Source: Mesotaenium endlicherianum
Lineage: Eukaryota
Reading direction: 5' to 3'
DNA length: 59,680 bases
Assembly (NCBI GenBank): GCA_009602735.1
Contig: WELA01002318.1
Coordinates: 476,937-536,616, forward strand
In this document: positions 14,073-27,075 of the stretch, one piece after another
Position numbering within the stretch: the stretch's first letter is position 1
Layout of the letters: every line of letters starts with the position of its first letter
The notes under the pieces: model-generated
Seen by the model: the letters and a program-made list of their open reading frames with translations, nothing else
Database searches by the model: none
What the model was told of the DNA's origin: nothing
Made by a program: the position numbers and the translations under genes

Positions 14073-15871
14073 CCTGCCACTTACGGTGTTCCAGATTCTC
14101 AACGAGCTTGTTCCCCTTCAGAGAGCAAAGCTGGAAGCTCCTTCAACCTGGCCTTTGCCCAGCTGGAGCCCGGCACAGCAGTGGCATATCACTAAACAGT
14201 TCTACTCCGCTTCTCCCAGCTCCACCAGTGAAGCGGAAAAAGATCTCATCTTCGGCCTCCGGGGACGCTTGGGAGGCAGTCGCATGTAAAGGATAACGGG
14301 CACTTTTTCGACACAATCTTGAAGCAGTTCATAGTAGTTGTTCGACATCGCAACAATTCGTGCATCGAACGTCGAAGGTTTAAGTTCCGGAGAAGAAAAG
14401 CTTCATTGACCTCAATTGACCTACTATGATCCGACACACCGAGCCTGCACCGAGCAGTGCCTCCAAGCACCTCCAAGCTGCCTCCAAGTGTCTCCCTTAG
14501 TCTGCACCAGTCTGCATGCAGATGTCGTGCCAGGTGGTCCCTGGTCGCTGCCTGTTCGTGCCTACCGGTGTCTAGCACCTACGCCTTACCTACATTATTT
14601 GTGACATTTCATCTCTTGAAAGGACAATAATGAGATGGAAGAATGGAGTCTTATATATAAAGAAAGAAGTAGGAAGGAATAGGATAATAATCTCTCTCCA
14701 TAATTTATATTCTCCCATACTAATACCATCCATTTTAATAACCTTTTGGAGTGGCGGGTGGGGATATACTAGCTTTTGCTAATTCGTGCAATGAGGACTT
14801 ACTTGCTTGCCATGTCTATAAGTAGGGGAATTAAATTTTAGGGGATGAAGAATTGTGACACTTGCGCTGTACTCATTTATATTCAAAATTTCTTCTACAA
14901 CTCATACAATAGTATAAATGTAAGATGACTAACAAATTACAAATCTCCACTTGGAATATGAATATGACATATTTCAAATATTCAAACTAAGTCAGACTGA
15001 CCACACAAGCGCCCGCCTGCTCACCGGTATCTTCTTTTTTACTTCCAAAACATGCTGGTTGATGTCGTTGAACTTCCATCAAGTCATGACCTCAACTTAT
15101 GGTCTTTTCCAGTTGCTCTTCACCTTGAGAGAGGCGCCATACATGCATTCTCTCATTCGGCAGGACACATCTATGGCGAGTAGGATCATGCACGCTCATC
15201 CGGTGTGCCACACGATATCCATGATAATTCCTCAAGAGAAATCAAATCAAAATTGGAATCATTCAAGCACCATAAAGTTTCAAACAGCAAACTAACTCCA
15301 GTCGAGACCCATGACCACATTTGTACTTAAGTTCGGTAACGACAGAACAAACATGTAAGCCTGGATATTGACTTGTGCAGCCGTGAAAAGCGTGATGTAG
15401 GTCATTGATAGGGTTTTGTCTATTCTCCGATTGTAGGACTGGATGGTGATAGCTAGTGAGTTGTTGAAATTGAGACTTTTCAGAATAAATTTAATGAAAC
15501 TCTACAACAGTAACGGAAGGAGAGATATGGACACAATAATACAACTCACCACTATAAATTGTTTAAACGTATATTTGGTACATTCTAGACAGTGATGCAA
15601 AGGTTGACATTGACTGATTTGCTTACGGCAACCTAAAGGCAAAGGCTTCCTTATGGTTGACAACATTTACTCCTAAAATACGAAGAGGAAAATACTCGAT
15701 CGCCCTTCGAGGTCACGAACAAAGTTACTAAGAAAGAGAAGCTTAAGGATACGCAACGCTTATAAAAAAAGACTGTCGAACTCGAAAGCGATGGCTTCGA
15801 GCTGTGCGTATGCATGTTGAGCCGTACCACACATAATCCTTTCTAACTATTGGGTGGTCGCCATAATGTTG

Positions 15872-18800
15872 TCACGTATTTTGCTGTGTGCCACACTCTC
15901 GCTCTTTATAGGTTGAATGAGTATCGCGATAGCGCCCAAGAAGGTACTCCCCACTTGTTACAGGTTGGTACCTGTCCTTGCTCACATAAGCATTGACACA
16001 AGCTCGAGCATTAATGAAGGCCATGGATTACGCCCTGGATTACATCTCAACTTCTCGACTTAGAAGCTTCATACCTTTTCAAGGCCATTTAAAAGGCAAG
16101 AAGCGCGACAAACATTTCAAGATAAAATGCCTGGGCAAGATTTAAAAGGAAAAAAAGTGCGGGTGAGTGGTACGTAGCCACGGCACATGCACCACATTTC
16201 AAAATAGTCAAAATGGAGGGGGAGTGCCTGCCACGGGCACATGGAGCCACACACAACAGGGCACGTCAAGCGGGCTTCTTACCGGGCGGGGTTTTCCGGT
16301 GAGCAGCAGGAGGGCAAGCACTCCACCAGACAATCGAAGTCCGGCTCAAAGAAGACGGGAACCTACCACAGGCACACAGCACACAGCAGCCGGTTGCCAG
16401 CTCATCAGCACGCACGCTCCTTGGTCCACCAGGGAAAGATGCACACAATCATCGGCTCCGACCAGCCCAGCCCTGACGTGGTGGGGGCCAAGCAAGCTCT
16501 TGAAGCCATCTTGCTCCAATCAATAATTGCACCGCAGATTCCTCAGTCCTCGCTGCTTGCTGCTGCTCGCTGGTGCTCGCTGCTGCTTGCTGCTGTTCGC
16601 TGCTCGCTGCTGCCCGCTGCTGCTCGCTGCTGCTTGTAGAGTGCAGTAGAAAAGCTTTGACAACCCATCGTGCGACGGAACGTCAGGCGCGGGTCCTCGC
16701 CAACCAAGTGCATGCACTCCTATGCCGTGTCATCGCAAGCGATGCCACGCAATGCCCTCCGACGACATGCGATGCCAGGAGGCATGAGCAGGTTGCGCGC
16801 AGCATAGGACGTGGAAGGGCAAAGGGGCTCTAGGACTGCAGCTGTGCGTGCTCCTGAGCTGACACGTGTCCCCTGCAGCCCGCCACGAGAATGTGCAGCT
16901 TGACTTTGGCCCCTTGCCCTGCCGGAGAGCATCCGCCAGAGAGTGCACGGGGCAAGTACTGCCGGGATGGTCCATCTGCAGGCTTCCCCAGGCAGGCCGT
17001 AGAAGTTGGCGCTAAAAGATCGACGACACGAATGAGCGGTTGGGGGGAATTTTACCGAGTATCGCTCCCTGCCAGAGCTCACCACTCGGTGCAGCGTCGA
17101 CCTGCACTTCACAACGCCACACGTCGCGTTTTCCCCCGTGAGAGATGGGCACTACTTGGGGGGCGGAACTTGGAAGCAGATCGCGACAGGTGTTCTAGAT
17201 TCACGGCATCAGGCTCGCAGCAATGAGGCGCGCCAGTGTGAAGACATACTAAACTGCACACGCTGAGAGAGAGTTTCACACGTCCAAGCGGCACCCAGGT
17301 TGCTCAGCTGCACCGTGCGATTCTTAAAGGGGACCGGCACTCTGGCTTCGATTTCAGACAGCCACATCAGAGAGGTCAGCCGCGGAAGAAACAATCTGGG
17401 TAAGATTCTGAAGGCGAGTCTGGCTCTGTCGTACCTGAAGAGGTTGTTGCTCCACCGCTCAAGCATGTCCCCGATGTTGACGATGAAAGCCCTTCACCAT
17501 CCCAGACAGGATACAGTCACACGACTACCCCTCTGATAAATAATCTCTGATGCTTCTAACAACAGAAAGCCCTGTTATTCGCATTCACGGCACCGATACG
17601 ACTGACACACGGATGTTACCTCGGAGAGCCCCGGCTCTCCAAGAAAGGCCGCAAGACTGTTGGAAACAGATAGAAGCCCGCTCAGGGAGAAGCCCTCTCG
17701 CCATCAGGAGCTTGTGCGCTTCGAGCCTCGCTTCAGCTCTAAACTATTCACGTCAAGTTTGGCGCAGATGATGGGTAGTGGTGATACAGCTCACTAGAGG
17801 AAGGAGGAGGAGGAGGAGAAGAAAATGGAAGTAGACGAAGACTAGTAGTAGTAGTAGAAGAAGAAGTGACCTCTTAAGTCAGCAAGGAAGAAATTAACGG
17901 CTGGAGTCTGCCAAGCCTGCCACCTCCAGGCCACCAACTTGGGTCTAGGGCTAATTGACCTCTAAAAAAGCAACATGGTTAGGTTTAGGGTTAAGGCTAA
18001 GGTTAGGGTTAGAATTAAGAGTTTGCGGCAGAGTGTCTTCAGAAGCTCGCAGATATGCGCACACAGCGAGCTAGCTGTGCGCAAACTTCTTTCACGCGCT
18101 CAAGACAGCTGGGCCGGCGTGTCCCATACGCAAGCTGCGAATGTCTGCAACCATGAGGTCTGCAGGAGCCCAAGCCTGTGAAGTAGCCCAGTTATCCTTC
18201 TCCGCCCAGCAACTAGCATACGATTGCCAGAAGGTAAAGCATCATATGACCCGTGAAATAGTACCCTCAGTCCACGACCAAAGGCGGCTGGGGGAAGATT
18301 ACACCCCCGATCCTTCCGGAGCCGAGCCGTGACGACAACACATGCTGCATCTTAAGGGACTCCCGTATTGCGCCCCAGCTGACCAAAGGGCTCAACGCCG
18401 CACCAGACTCCAGAGTACACAGACTGCTCTCGGCAACGATCAGCCCGTTACGGCATGCGCGAGTCCCCAATGCGCCGGGGCCGAGTGAGGCGCAGCTCCA
18501 GGTGGCATCAGGGCAGAGACCGCTGCGAGCAGCGCTCCGAGCGCGGTACCACGATCGAGCCCCCCTTTGGCCCGTGGCCGAGTGATGCGCTCCGTGCGGA
18601 GGTCGTATCGAGTTGGAGGCTGCCATGCGCAGTGCTCGGCTCGTGCGCAAGATGCGCGCACACACACACACGAAGACCAACGGCAGGGCGTGCACAGAGC
18701 GCGTCTCTTCACTCCAAAGTATCGTGCTCGTGCACAAGCGCGTTGGCGTCAGGGAGGGGGCATGGTGGGAGCGCGGAGGGGCGGGGTGGGGCGGGGTGGG

Positions 18801-20558
18801 GAGANNNNNNNNNNNGGGGGCGGGGGCAGGGGGGGCAGGGCCTCACCCTTCCAGGGGTAGCACATCCTCCCATGTCTGCGGATGCTCGTCCTTCTTCCTG
18901 CATATCTGCATCCACCAGCGTGCACGCACGCCACGCGTCAAAGGTGGAAGACAGGCCGCAACAGCAGGTGGCAATGACATGTGGCAATGACAAGTGGCAA
19001 GACAACGAGGGCCAGAAGCCACGGGCTCCATGTCACCTCCCGCCCTCTGCATGGCGGGCGATACCTGCTGTGCTCGCGACACCTGGCTTGTCCAGGCTTT
19101 ACCCCTCATTGGGGCCCAGCCTTGCCCAGTCCCCAGAGCAACCTAATGCTGGGTGCACTTGTATGGTGCGAAACAGGACACACGGCGGTTGCAGCAGGGC
19201 AGGAAGAGAGAGAGAGGCATGCGACTGCATGCACTTCCAGATGATGCAAAAAGATCGGCAAGCTCATTCCAGAATGCGCAGCCCGCTAGGCCCGAGAGGC
19301 GTTTCGCACGGGCCAGTCTTCTCAGGTGTCCCTGACTGCCGTCCTCTGTCGTTGCAAAACAGTGTCCAGCCTGGCTGCAGCCTGTGCGCTCAGCGAAGGA
19401 GGGACAATCCTTGCCTGGCCTCAGCAGAGCAGCAGAGCACCAGCAGAGCGGCAGAGCAAGCAGCTCACACATGAAATCACACAAGACTCGACGTGCTGGC
19501 ACAGGTTGGCCCCGCAGGGAGAGAGGGCTGTACTGGAACGGCGTGGTCGATGCCACCTGTACTTTGACGGGGAGGGGATGCGGTGGGGGTGAGAGAGGTG
19601 GCGCAGGGGTGAGGGAAAGAGCTGCTGGCGCTCAAGACAGCGACGCTTTGGACGGGAGGTGAGCGCAGACCTGCAAGCCGGGGACGCCGTCAGTGACGAG
19701 GAACGTGAGCATGCCGTAGTCCGAGTGCGCGCCTGCTCCGAAGACACCACTCTCCGGCTCCGAGCGCTCCGCTGCGTCAAAAAATTGCACACATTACCAC
19801 CCCCCGCCACCCCCCCCCCGCCCNNNNNNNNNNNNNNNNNNNNNNNNNNNNNNNNNNNNNNNNNNNNNNNNNNNNNNNNNNNNNNNNNNNNNNNNNNNNN
19901 NNNNNNNNGGGGGGGGGATATCGATCGCTTTACATATGTGACAGCTGAGACAGATGTGGCCAGCTGCGGCAGGCGTGACAGATACGATGGACATGGCAGC
20001 TTCTACTATGTCCTACCATCGGAGCCACGCACGCTTGATCGCGGCAATGCATACATCCATCATGCCCCGGCTCGTGATGCATCATGCAGCGGGGATGCAG
20101 AGTCTGTGCATTCCCAGAAGGCACCCTCCAAGAAGGCACCCACTCTCATTGGTCGTGGGGTTAGCACGCATAGACGGATCACGAGGGGTCCCTGTGGGCT
20201 GAGCTCGCAGAGAATCGCCAGGGCGACATTTGGCTTCCAGCCAGACCAGGCTGTTCGGTACTCAGTACCCAACCAGGCCCCGGACCGGGAAGGGACGCCA
20301 CCACGTCGTCGAGTCCCCACCTGAGTAGTGCAGGAGGCGCAGGAAGACCATGGGGTCGTCAAAGCGGCCGGGCTGGAGGAAGAAGGCGGGGTCGAGCTCA
20401 AGCGCGAGCGCCAGGAGGCGCAGCATCTGCATCCCCAGCTCTGTCACCCGAGCAAAGTACTCCTCCATGGCGGGCCTCCACTCGGGCAGCACGCCTGCGG
20501 CCATTGCATCAGAGAGGGCTTGTGGGCATCGTGAAACAGCACAGGTGACAGAAGAACT

Positions 20559-20589
<31 letters not shown>

Positions 20590-22546
20590 CAAGTGCCTCC
20601 CTGGCTGCAGCTTGTGTGGGCTGAGAGTACCTACGTGCCTTCTGCTTTGGCACAGAGAGGGAAGGTGTCCATCTCAGAAGCTGCTGTGCTGGCAATAGTC
20701 CGTGACTTTCAGCTTTGGCGCGCGCACACACACACACATAGAGAGAGAGAGGGGGGNNNNNNNNNNNNNNNNNNNNNNNNNNNNNNNNNNNNNNNNNNNN
20801 NNNNNNNNNNNNNNNNNNNNNNNNNNNNNNNNNNNNNNNNNNNNNNNNNNNNNNNNNNNNNNNNNNNNNNNNNNNNNNNNNNNNNNNNNNNNNNNNNNNN
20901 NNNNNNNNNNNNNNNNNNNNNNNNNNNNNNNNNNNNNNNNNNNNNNNNNNNNNNNNNNNNNNNNNNNNNNNNNNNNNNNNNNNNNNNNNNNNNNNNNNNN
21001 NNNNNNNNNNNNNNNNNNNNNNNNNNNNNNNNNNNNNNNNNNNNNNNNNNNNNNNNNNNNNNNNNNNNNNNNNNNNNNNNNNNNNNNNNNNNNNNNNNNN
21101 NNNNNNNNNNNNNNNNNNNNNNNNNNNNNNNNNNNNNNNNNNNNNNNNNNNNNNNNNNNNNNNNNNNNNNNNNNNNNNNNNNNNNNNNNNNNNNNNNNNG
21201 GGGGGGGGGAGAGAGAACCAGGGTCAGGCCATTGGTTGGGGCCATGAAGAGGCTTCTCGCTTCGAGGATCCCCATGTGGCACCTCCTTGCCAATGTAGTA
21301 GCCCTCCTTGGTATCGCCTGGTCACCCCCACCACCCCCGCACTGCATTGTGTGTTCATCTTTCATCCCAATGCCACGTCAGCAGCTTGACTGCATGGTGC
21401 GATCAACTGTCATCCCAAAGCTTGACAGGCTTTCCAATGAAGTGTCCCTCATTGCTGAAGGGTAAGTGGAAAGCACAACACTGCACTGCCATTCCGACAA
21501 TCTCCTTGGTCCGTTGTGAGGGTATCCAAAGCAATAAATTAAATATTGGCGATGCACAAGTAAAGCACGTCGTTAATGTTGTACGCTATTTCGCGGAGTA
21601 AGTTTCGTTCCCAGCTTTTTGACTCGGAATGACTGCAAGGCAATCCATCATTACAAACATGGAGAAACATGCAGATTACTCAGAAGCACGAACACGCCCC
21701 GTGCAGGTCTTCATATTGGGCAGGTGTGTTTGCCGCCTTGATGGCTATAATTTCCGACATCAGATAAATACCATCCTCAATTACGGCCACATAACGTCAA
21801 GTTCGAAAAATGTGCCAGTAGTTTTTTTGAACTTCGGACGTCACCATAAGCATGGCATCAAAGGCTCTGAGGATGAACTAATGCATGACGCGCTTGTTCA
21901 GTATAGAGATTATAATGAAGCGGCATCTAAAGCAAGCCTCACCTTTGGACTGCCTGGCAGGATCTAGTATTTCTTCGAGAAAGGGAGTATATCCTCGATT
22001 GTTTTTGTCCTGTACAACCTTCAACTTCTCTTCCACCGAAAGCTCAAAGAACTTTCTAGACTCATTGAAGACCTTCTGAAGGAGCGACATCTCAACGCCA
22101 TGGTTGACAAGATAGAAGAAGCCCACGTCTGTGCACGCCTGTTGTTGGTACCAAACAGGTTCGCATATGACAAGTCCCAGTCACCAGTAAGAGATGAGAG
22201 ACAATCAGATGTACTTCGCTGGTCACATAACCAACATGAAGATGGACTTGTTGCTGACCGACAGTAGAGGATATTTTCAACATCATGAGAGACTACTTTA
22301 CTCAAGAAAGTAAAATAATCACTATGTTTACTTTTTGGTAATTATACATCTTGCTATTCCTTGACTTTGGCCCACTTATACTTATTTGTGACAAGAGTCG
22401 ACTCGAACTTAAGGAAGACCTCAGGGATGGCGTCGTCGTGCCAAGGAAGCATGAAAGATTGGTACCTTCCGCAAAGCAGCGGCTGCTTGTTGTTCACCGA
22501 GGGAGAGGTCTATTGTCTGTACTGGAGAGTCATACGCTAGCCCCAT
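15872..22546 (-). CDS. 2-oxoglutarate/Fe(II)-dependent dioxygenase (DIOX_N + 2OG-FeII_Oxy; IPNS-like/DOXC type), substrate unknown
   Basis: Ten in-phase exons: 22546-22466, 22138-21943, 21317-21219, 20494-20321, 19771-19671, 18905-18847, 17491-17435, 17101-17056, 16362-16283, 15971-15872. Motifs: ACTDVGFFYLVNHG, NRGY, GPNQWP, LRLLHYS, iron-binding H-S-D (GAHSDYG), NIGDMLERWSN, STLHRV, 2OG-binding R-Y-S, FFEPDFDCLVECLP. Confidence 0.93.
17977..18012 (+). repeat. Short degenerate interstitial telomere-like tract (TTAGGG/TTTAGGG)
   Basis: ggttaggtttagggttaaggctaaggttagggttag inside a 2OGD intron. Confidence 0.6.
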
Positions 22547-22770
22547 TGCAGATTTAAGAGCAAGCGTGCCCTTGCATCATAAGCACACTATTCCAAAGAC
22601 ATGAATCATCTCTCCGCCGAGCAATTGACGAGTGGCAACTTGCGAATAGTTGTCTTTGTGATACAGGAGATGTTACAACGTGTGCAGTTTTAAGAGCTAT
22701 ATATTGGAGTTTGGAGCTTAACTTGTAAGTTTGAGTCGAGAGCCCATGTAGAGGTACCGTATTAGTAGCG

Positions 22771-22839
22771 GTCCCAAGTCTGTCCCAAGTGGTCCCATGG
22801 GCTCCCAAGTTGTCCCAAGTTGTCCCAAGTGGTCCAAGC
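22771..22839. repeat. ~10-bp tandem repeat (tgtcccaagt-like) in the divergent intergenic region
   Basis: About seven degenerate units, e.g. gtcccaagtc tgtcccaagt ... tgtcccaagt tgtcccaagt ggtccaag. Confidence 0.85.
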
Positions 22840-23046
22840 CGTTTTGAATATCAGAATCTGTAAGAAGGTTTGACCATGGAGTTGAAACAGCGACTTCCAA
22901 AGCAAGTCAAGTATACTCTCGTCTGTCAATGTTCACACCTCGGAGCGCTCTTGGAGAGGCAAAAATGGCCCAGAAATGTGCATGATGTCTTTTACGTTCC
23001 TTCTTGTGAGGGGGAAAAGGGCCAGACTCGCAGCAAATACAGGGTC

Positions 23047-26000
23047 ATGGCTGGGTTAAGGGCCAAACGCCCTGATAAAGCTGTCTATGTGCCTCCCGGA
23101 GCACGAGGACAGGCCAATAAATTGCCGTCCGTGAGTAACTGTTGCCAGGAAAAGATCGAGCAGGCGGGTGAGCAAGTGATGTGTTTCTTACCACCAGAAT
23201 CTAGTACAACTGAGTTTGTGTCCAACGTCGGGGCATTGATGCCTTGTGAGGTTATTTCTTCTACACCTCCACCAAATCGACGAGTATTAAGACCAGAAAA
23301 CACCTGTCATAATACAGCTCCCCCAGCAACACGGCGTGCCATGTCTGCTGTAAAGAGTAGAGCACAAACGCAGGATTCCAATATAAGAGAGCTGGAAGAG
23401 GCCGTCTCTTGTGCAACCCAGGAGAAAGTGAACTTCTCTAGTTGTTCTCGCAGTAGTCGAAGAACGAGGACACGGAGAAAGTCGCAAAAAGGAGCAGAAG
23501 AAAGTATGTCGAAGGAGGTGCTAGACAGTAAATCCCAAAGAGGCATAGCCAACTCAGACGAGACTGCTCTTTCAGGTAATGAGCTGCTGCGTGAGATTCG
23601 TACCACTCCAGAAAGAAGTGTTATATCGACAGTAGTGGAGATGCTCCTTCCGAGAAATGATGGCAATGTTGTGCTTGAGGTGGATAGTAAGACCGAGAGC
23701 TTCTGTGCGGAAGGTCTCCTCCTTTTGGCTAAAACGGTGGAAGAATTTGAGGGATTGTCCATTAAGAACGAGACGAGCATATCAGAGGAGCAGTGCGCCG
23801 ATGATCAGGTACATGTGGAGCAGGAAACAAGTAGTAACTTAAGACTACATCAAGCTCATAGTGGAGGGAGCCTCTCTCCTCTCGCCGTCACGAGGAAGTT
23901 TGACGGGGACGAGGAAAATAATGCAGGTCAACAAGTGCCCATGGAAGACATTAGTAACAGTTGTCTAACAACAAACTACGACACGCCACCAGCTGAACAG
24001 GAAGCGCTAGCCCTTAACCCGAACTTTCTTGCGTGGTTGACCAAGCGGCTGCAAGAAGAGGGCATGGACTCTGTAATTGCCGTATATGCCCTGGGGCTTC
24101 TAGAGGTACCTTGCTTTGCCACTTGTCCACTCGTCCTCCTTTCACTCTGCTTTAAATTTGACACAGTGTGTATGGATGAGAGCAGTTTCAGGCTACGCGT
24201 TTACATGCCTTCACTTATGCACTACGTTTGCGGAAGAAAGAGAGCATCTCGCTCTGGTTCATGTCAGTGGCTGTTCTGATGGACGCAAAAGGCGCCTACT
24301 ATGCCAGGCTCAATTTGATAGTTCAAGCTTGATGGAGGAGGTGGCAGGCCGATGTGGCGGCAGGTGAGAGCCCCGACGAGAAGAGGGAAGCTTTGGTGGA
24401 CTTCATAGAGGTATGCAGTGTATTCAATAAAATTATGATTTATTTATATGTACATTATTATGTCGTCAGAATAAAATGCTGCATGAGGAGCCTTACTTGG
24501 CTCTGAACTGGGAGACTCATTTTGTCCTCCTAAAACAGAATTCAGTCCGCGGGGTAGGACTTGCTGTAGGCAACGCAAGCAGCTCTCCTTTCTTCACACT
24601 TGTGCACGACTGCTGATAAGGCTGGCGGCCGAGTAATGCATCTGTCCTTGCCGACAGCTGGCAATGTGCCAACGTGTCTTTCTTTCTTGTAGCCAAGAGA
24701 TAGTTGCCTCTGAGCGTCACCTTCTTTGCTACCTACCTTCTGCTCCGTCTCGGTGCTGCTGCAGGCCATGGTGGGTGTCTCAGACAATGGTGGCTTGTGC
24801 ACGCCCACGCAGTCTGCTGCTTTGATTGCCGGCGAGATTTGGGAGAGGTGGCAGGACAGGGAGCTCGAAGGAGCTGGCAGTAGCCCCCAGCAGGGGGACG
24901 CCAGCTGTCAATACGATCCCTGGCTTGTGTCTCAGGTGAGCATCTTCGCAAGTCTTGAGTTTCTAGTCGTGCTAGCAGAGCTGGCAAGGTGCTCTGTGCT
25001 TGAGTCGTGCTATCCAGGCCTTAAACGAATCTACATTGCTCTTGCTTGTTGAGTGCTGCCTTATTTGGGGTCTTCTCGAGTGGACCCAGTCGAGGTCGAG
25101 GAAATTTTTCTTCTTTTAGTCCATATTTGCTTCATCCTTGCCTAGCTGGTTGCAGTCGGCGAGTGAGTCGTGCAAGGCGCAGTGAGGGTGGGGGTAGTGA
25201 TATCGTGCAATGCCCTGCAGACGTAGCATTTCGTCATGTACAGTCTCGAGGATGCTGCAAGCATCGTTGATGTGCAGAACATGAGGCTGATAGGCTGCTG
25301 CTCATTCAGAAACTGAAGTCTCTGCCTTACTCAACATGGGCTTGTCGGGCGAACCAGATTAGTAACACAGCACAGCTCTGCTGTTTTTTAAATGGGCTGC
25401 AGATCTCACGCCTGGGACTGGACGAGCACGTCTTTGTGCCCTACATCCAAGGACTGCTGGACTCGGAGGAGGTAAATCACGTCACGCACGACGGAGCAAG
25501 TCGTTAAGAGTTTAAGAGTTTGTCCTTCACGTTCAGCAACACTGCGATGCACGGCATTGGCTGGAGTTTTAAGGAGCTCCAGATTTATTTTTTAGTGCAA
25601 CGGGGATGAAGCGCATGCATTGTTTCCGGATGCCACTTTGAGGTTGGTGCGGCACTCGAGCTATGAGAGTCGATGGGGCTTCGCCGTGCTTCAGTCCCAA
25701 GGCCTCGAGCACTTCAGCTTTTGGATCTTGCGTGTGAAGCTGCAGAGTTGAACCGCTCCTCACATCGTGCTTGTGCTCCGTGTTGGTGCTCTCTGCTGGG
25801 CTCTCTCGTGCGAGGGCTCACAGGAGGAGGCGGCCCTGTACAGTACGATCGCTCAGTTCCTCGAAGATGTGACTGCTGGAATCGATGATTCGTGCAGTAC
25901 GTAACATGATCCCCACCTGCCTGGCTCACCTTGCCTTGCCTCTCTGCGTGATGCTTGTTTAAGAAGGCCGGGCATTCTTCTATTTACGTAGCACTTTATG

Positions 26001-27075
26001 GACCTCGGTTGCCCTTTCAGGCATGGTCGTCGAGTTGCAATCGTGATCAGTTTGCAGTCGTCTGTGATGTAGCTGTCATCTCTTCTCATTTGCTACGCAT
26101 ATTGACGTTTGGTCTTGATCTGACGTTCATGCATGAAGCAGGTCGGCAGCGAGAACTTTCCATAGATCAGCTGATAGATGCTGTCATTGCCCTCTGGTTC
26201 AGATTCTGACTACATAGTTGTTTTATAATTGCGCTGTAATCGTGGTCCCTATTTCTGTGGTGTCACCCAGGAGTGGATCCTGCAGGGCTTGCTGCCGAGA
26301 TTGTTGCCAGACGTGGCGTGAGGAGTCGAGAAGAGGTACCCACTTTCTCTCCTGGATATTGAATTTGGCACTAAGAGAGCAGAGTCTTCAGGGTTAACTT
26401 ATTCTCAGAAGGCATGAGGGGGTAAACTGATCAGTATGTTTTCAGAGAGACGTTTTGCTAATCCTTTGCTCTCTGGCATGTTAGTTCCAATCACGTGCTC
26501 CCTTGCATGCTTGCTATCAAGTGTACCCCTGATCACTCTAATCGTCGTTGGGAACTTATGCAGTGCTTTTTCCACCTCTGAAGATGTGATCTAGCTCTTG
26601 ATTTTCCAAACTTCTATATTCTCTTCTGTTGCCTGTACAGGTGGGAACATCTGGAGTACATGATGAGTTAGGCGTTGAAGATGCTGGTCATGGGAAGCAC
26701 CGGCGGAAAACAAAAGCGACGATTTCGAATGATCTCTTCTCGCATTGGTGGGGTAGCACACTTCACACTAGCTACAAAGAAAGCCTTGAAGATGGAGGCA
26801 ACACAGATTGTCGACCGGGAGCTTGGGACGAGGAAGCAAAAAGCGTAGAAAGAGGTGCAAGTCCGTATTCTTCGGGCCTGCCATGTGGCACGCAAAGGAG
26901 TAGTGCATGGGAGTTTGAAGAGACCTGGCGATACTCCCGTGGCCAGCCTTCAGCCAGTGGCCATAGATCATTGGAGCATGTCCAGAAGCCTGTGACCTCA
27001 GCAGTCGTTGCTAGGAGAATGATATTGCACGTACTCGGGCTTCGAGATAAGAAGAGAACTCTGCTTAAAAAGTAG
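23047..27075 (+). CDS. Uncharacterised protein with R3HCC1-like N- and C-terminal motifs and two CCDC43/PWI-like helical repeats
   Basis: In-phase GT-AG exons: 23047-24105, 24348-24410, 24765-24935, 25403-25471, 25824-25896, 26271-26335, 26641-27075. N-term KRPDKAVYVPP; repeats FLAWLTKRLQEEGMDSVIAVYALGLLE..EKREALVDFIE..GEIWERW and YDPWLVSQISRLGLDEHVFVPYIQGLLD..AAEIVARR; C-term KPVTSAVVARRMILHVLGLR. Confidence 0.72.

Noticed and set aside
14202..14285. 27-aa ORF upstream of TIC56 (MRLPPKRPRRPK...)
   Set aside because: No recognisable motif and the TSS is unknown, so it cannot be told from chance.
22771..22839. CRISPR-like repeat array
   Set aside because: Units are 10 bp with no spacers, there are no cas genes, and the context is eukaryotic.
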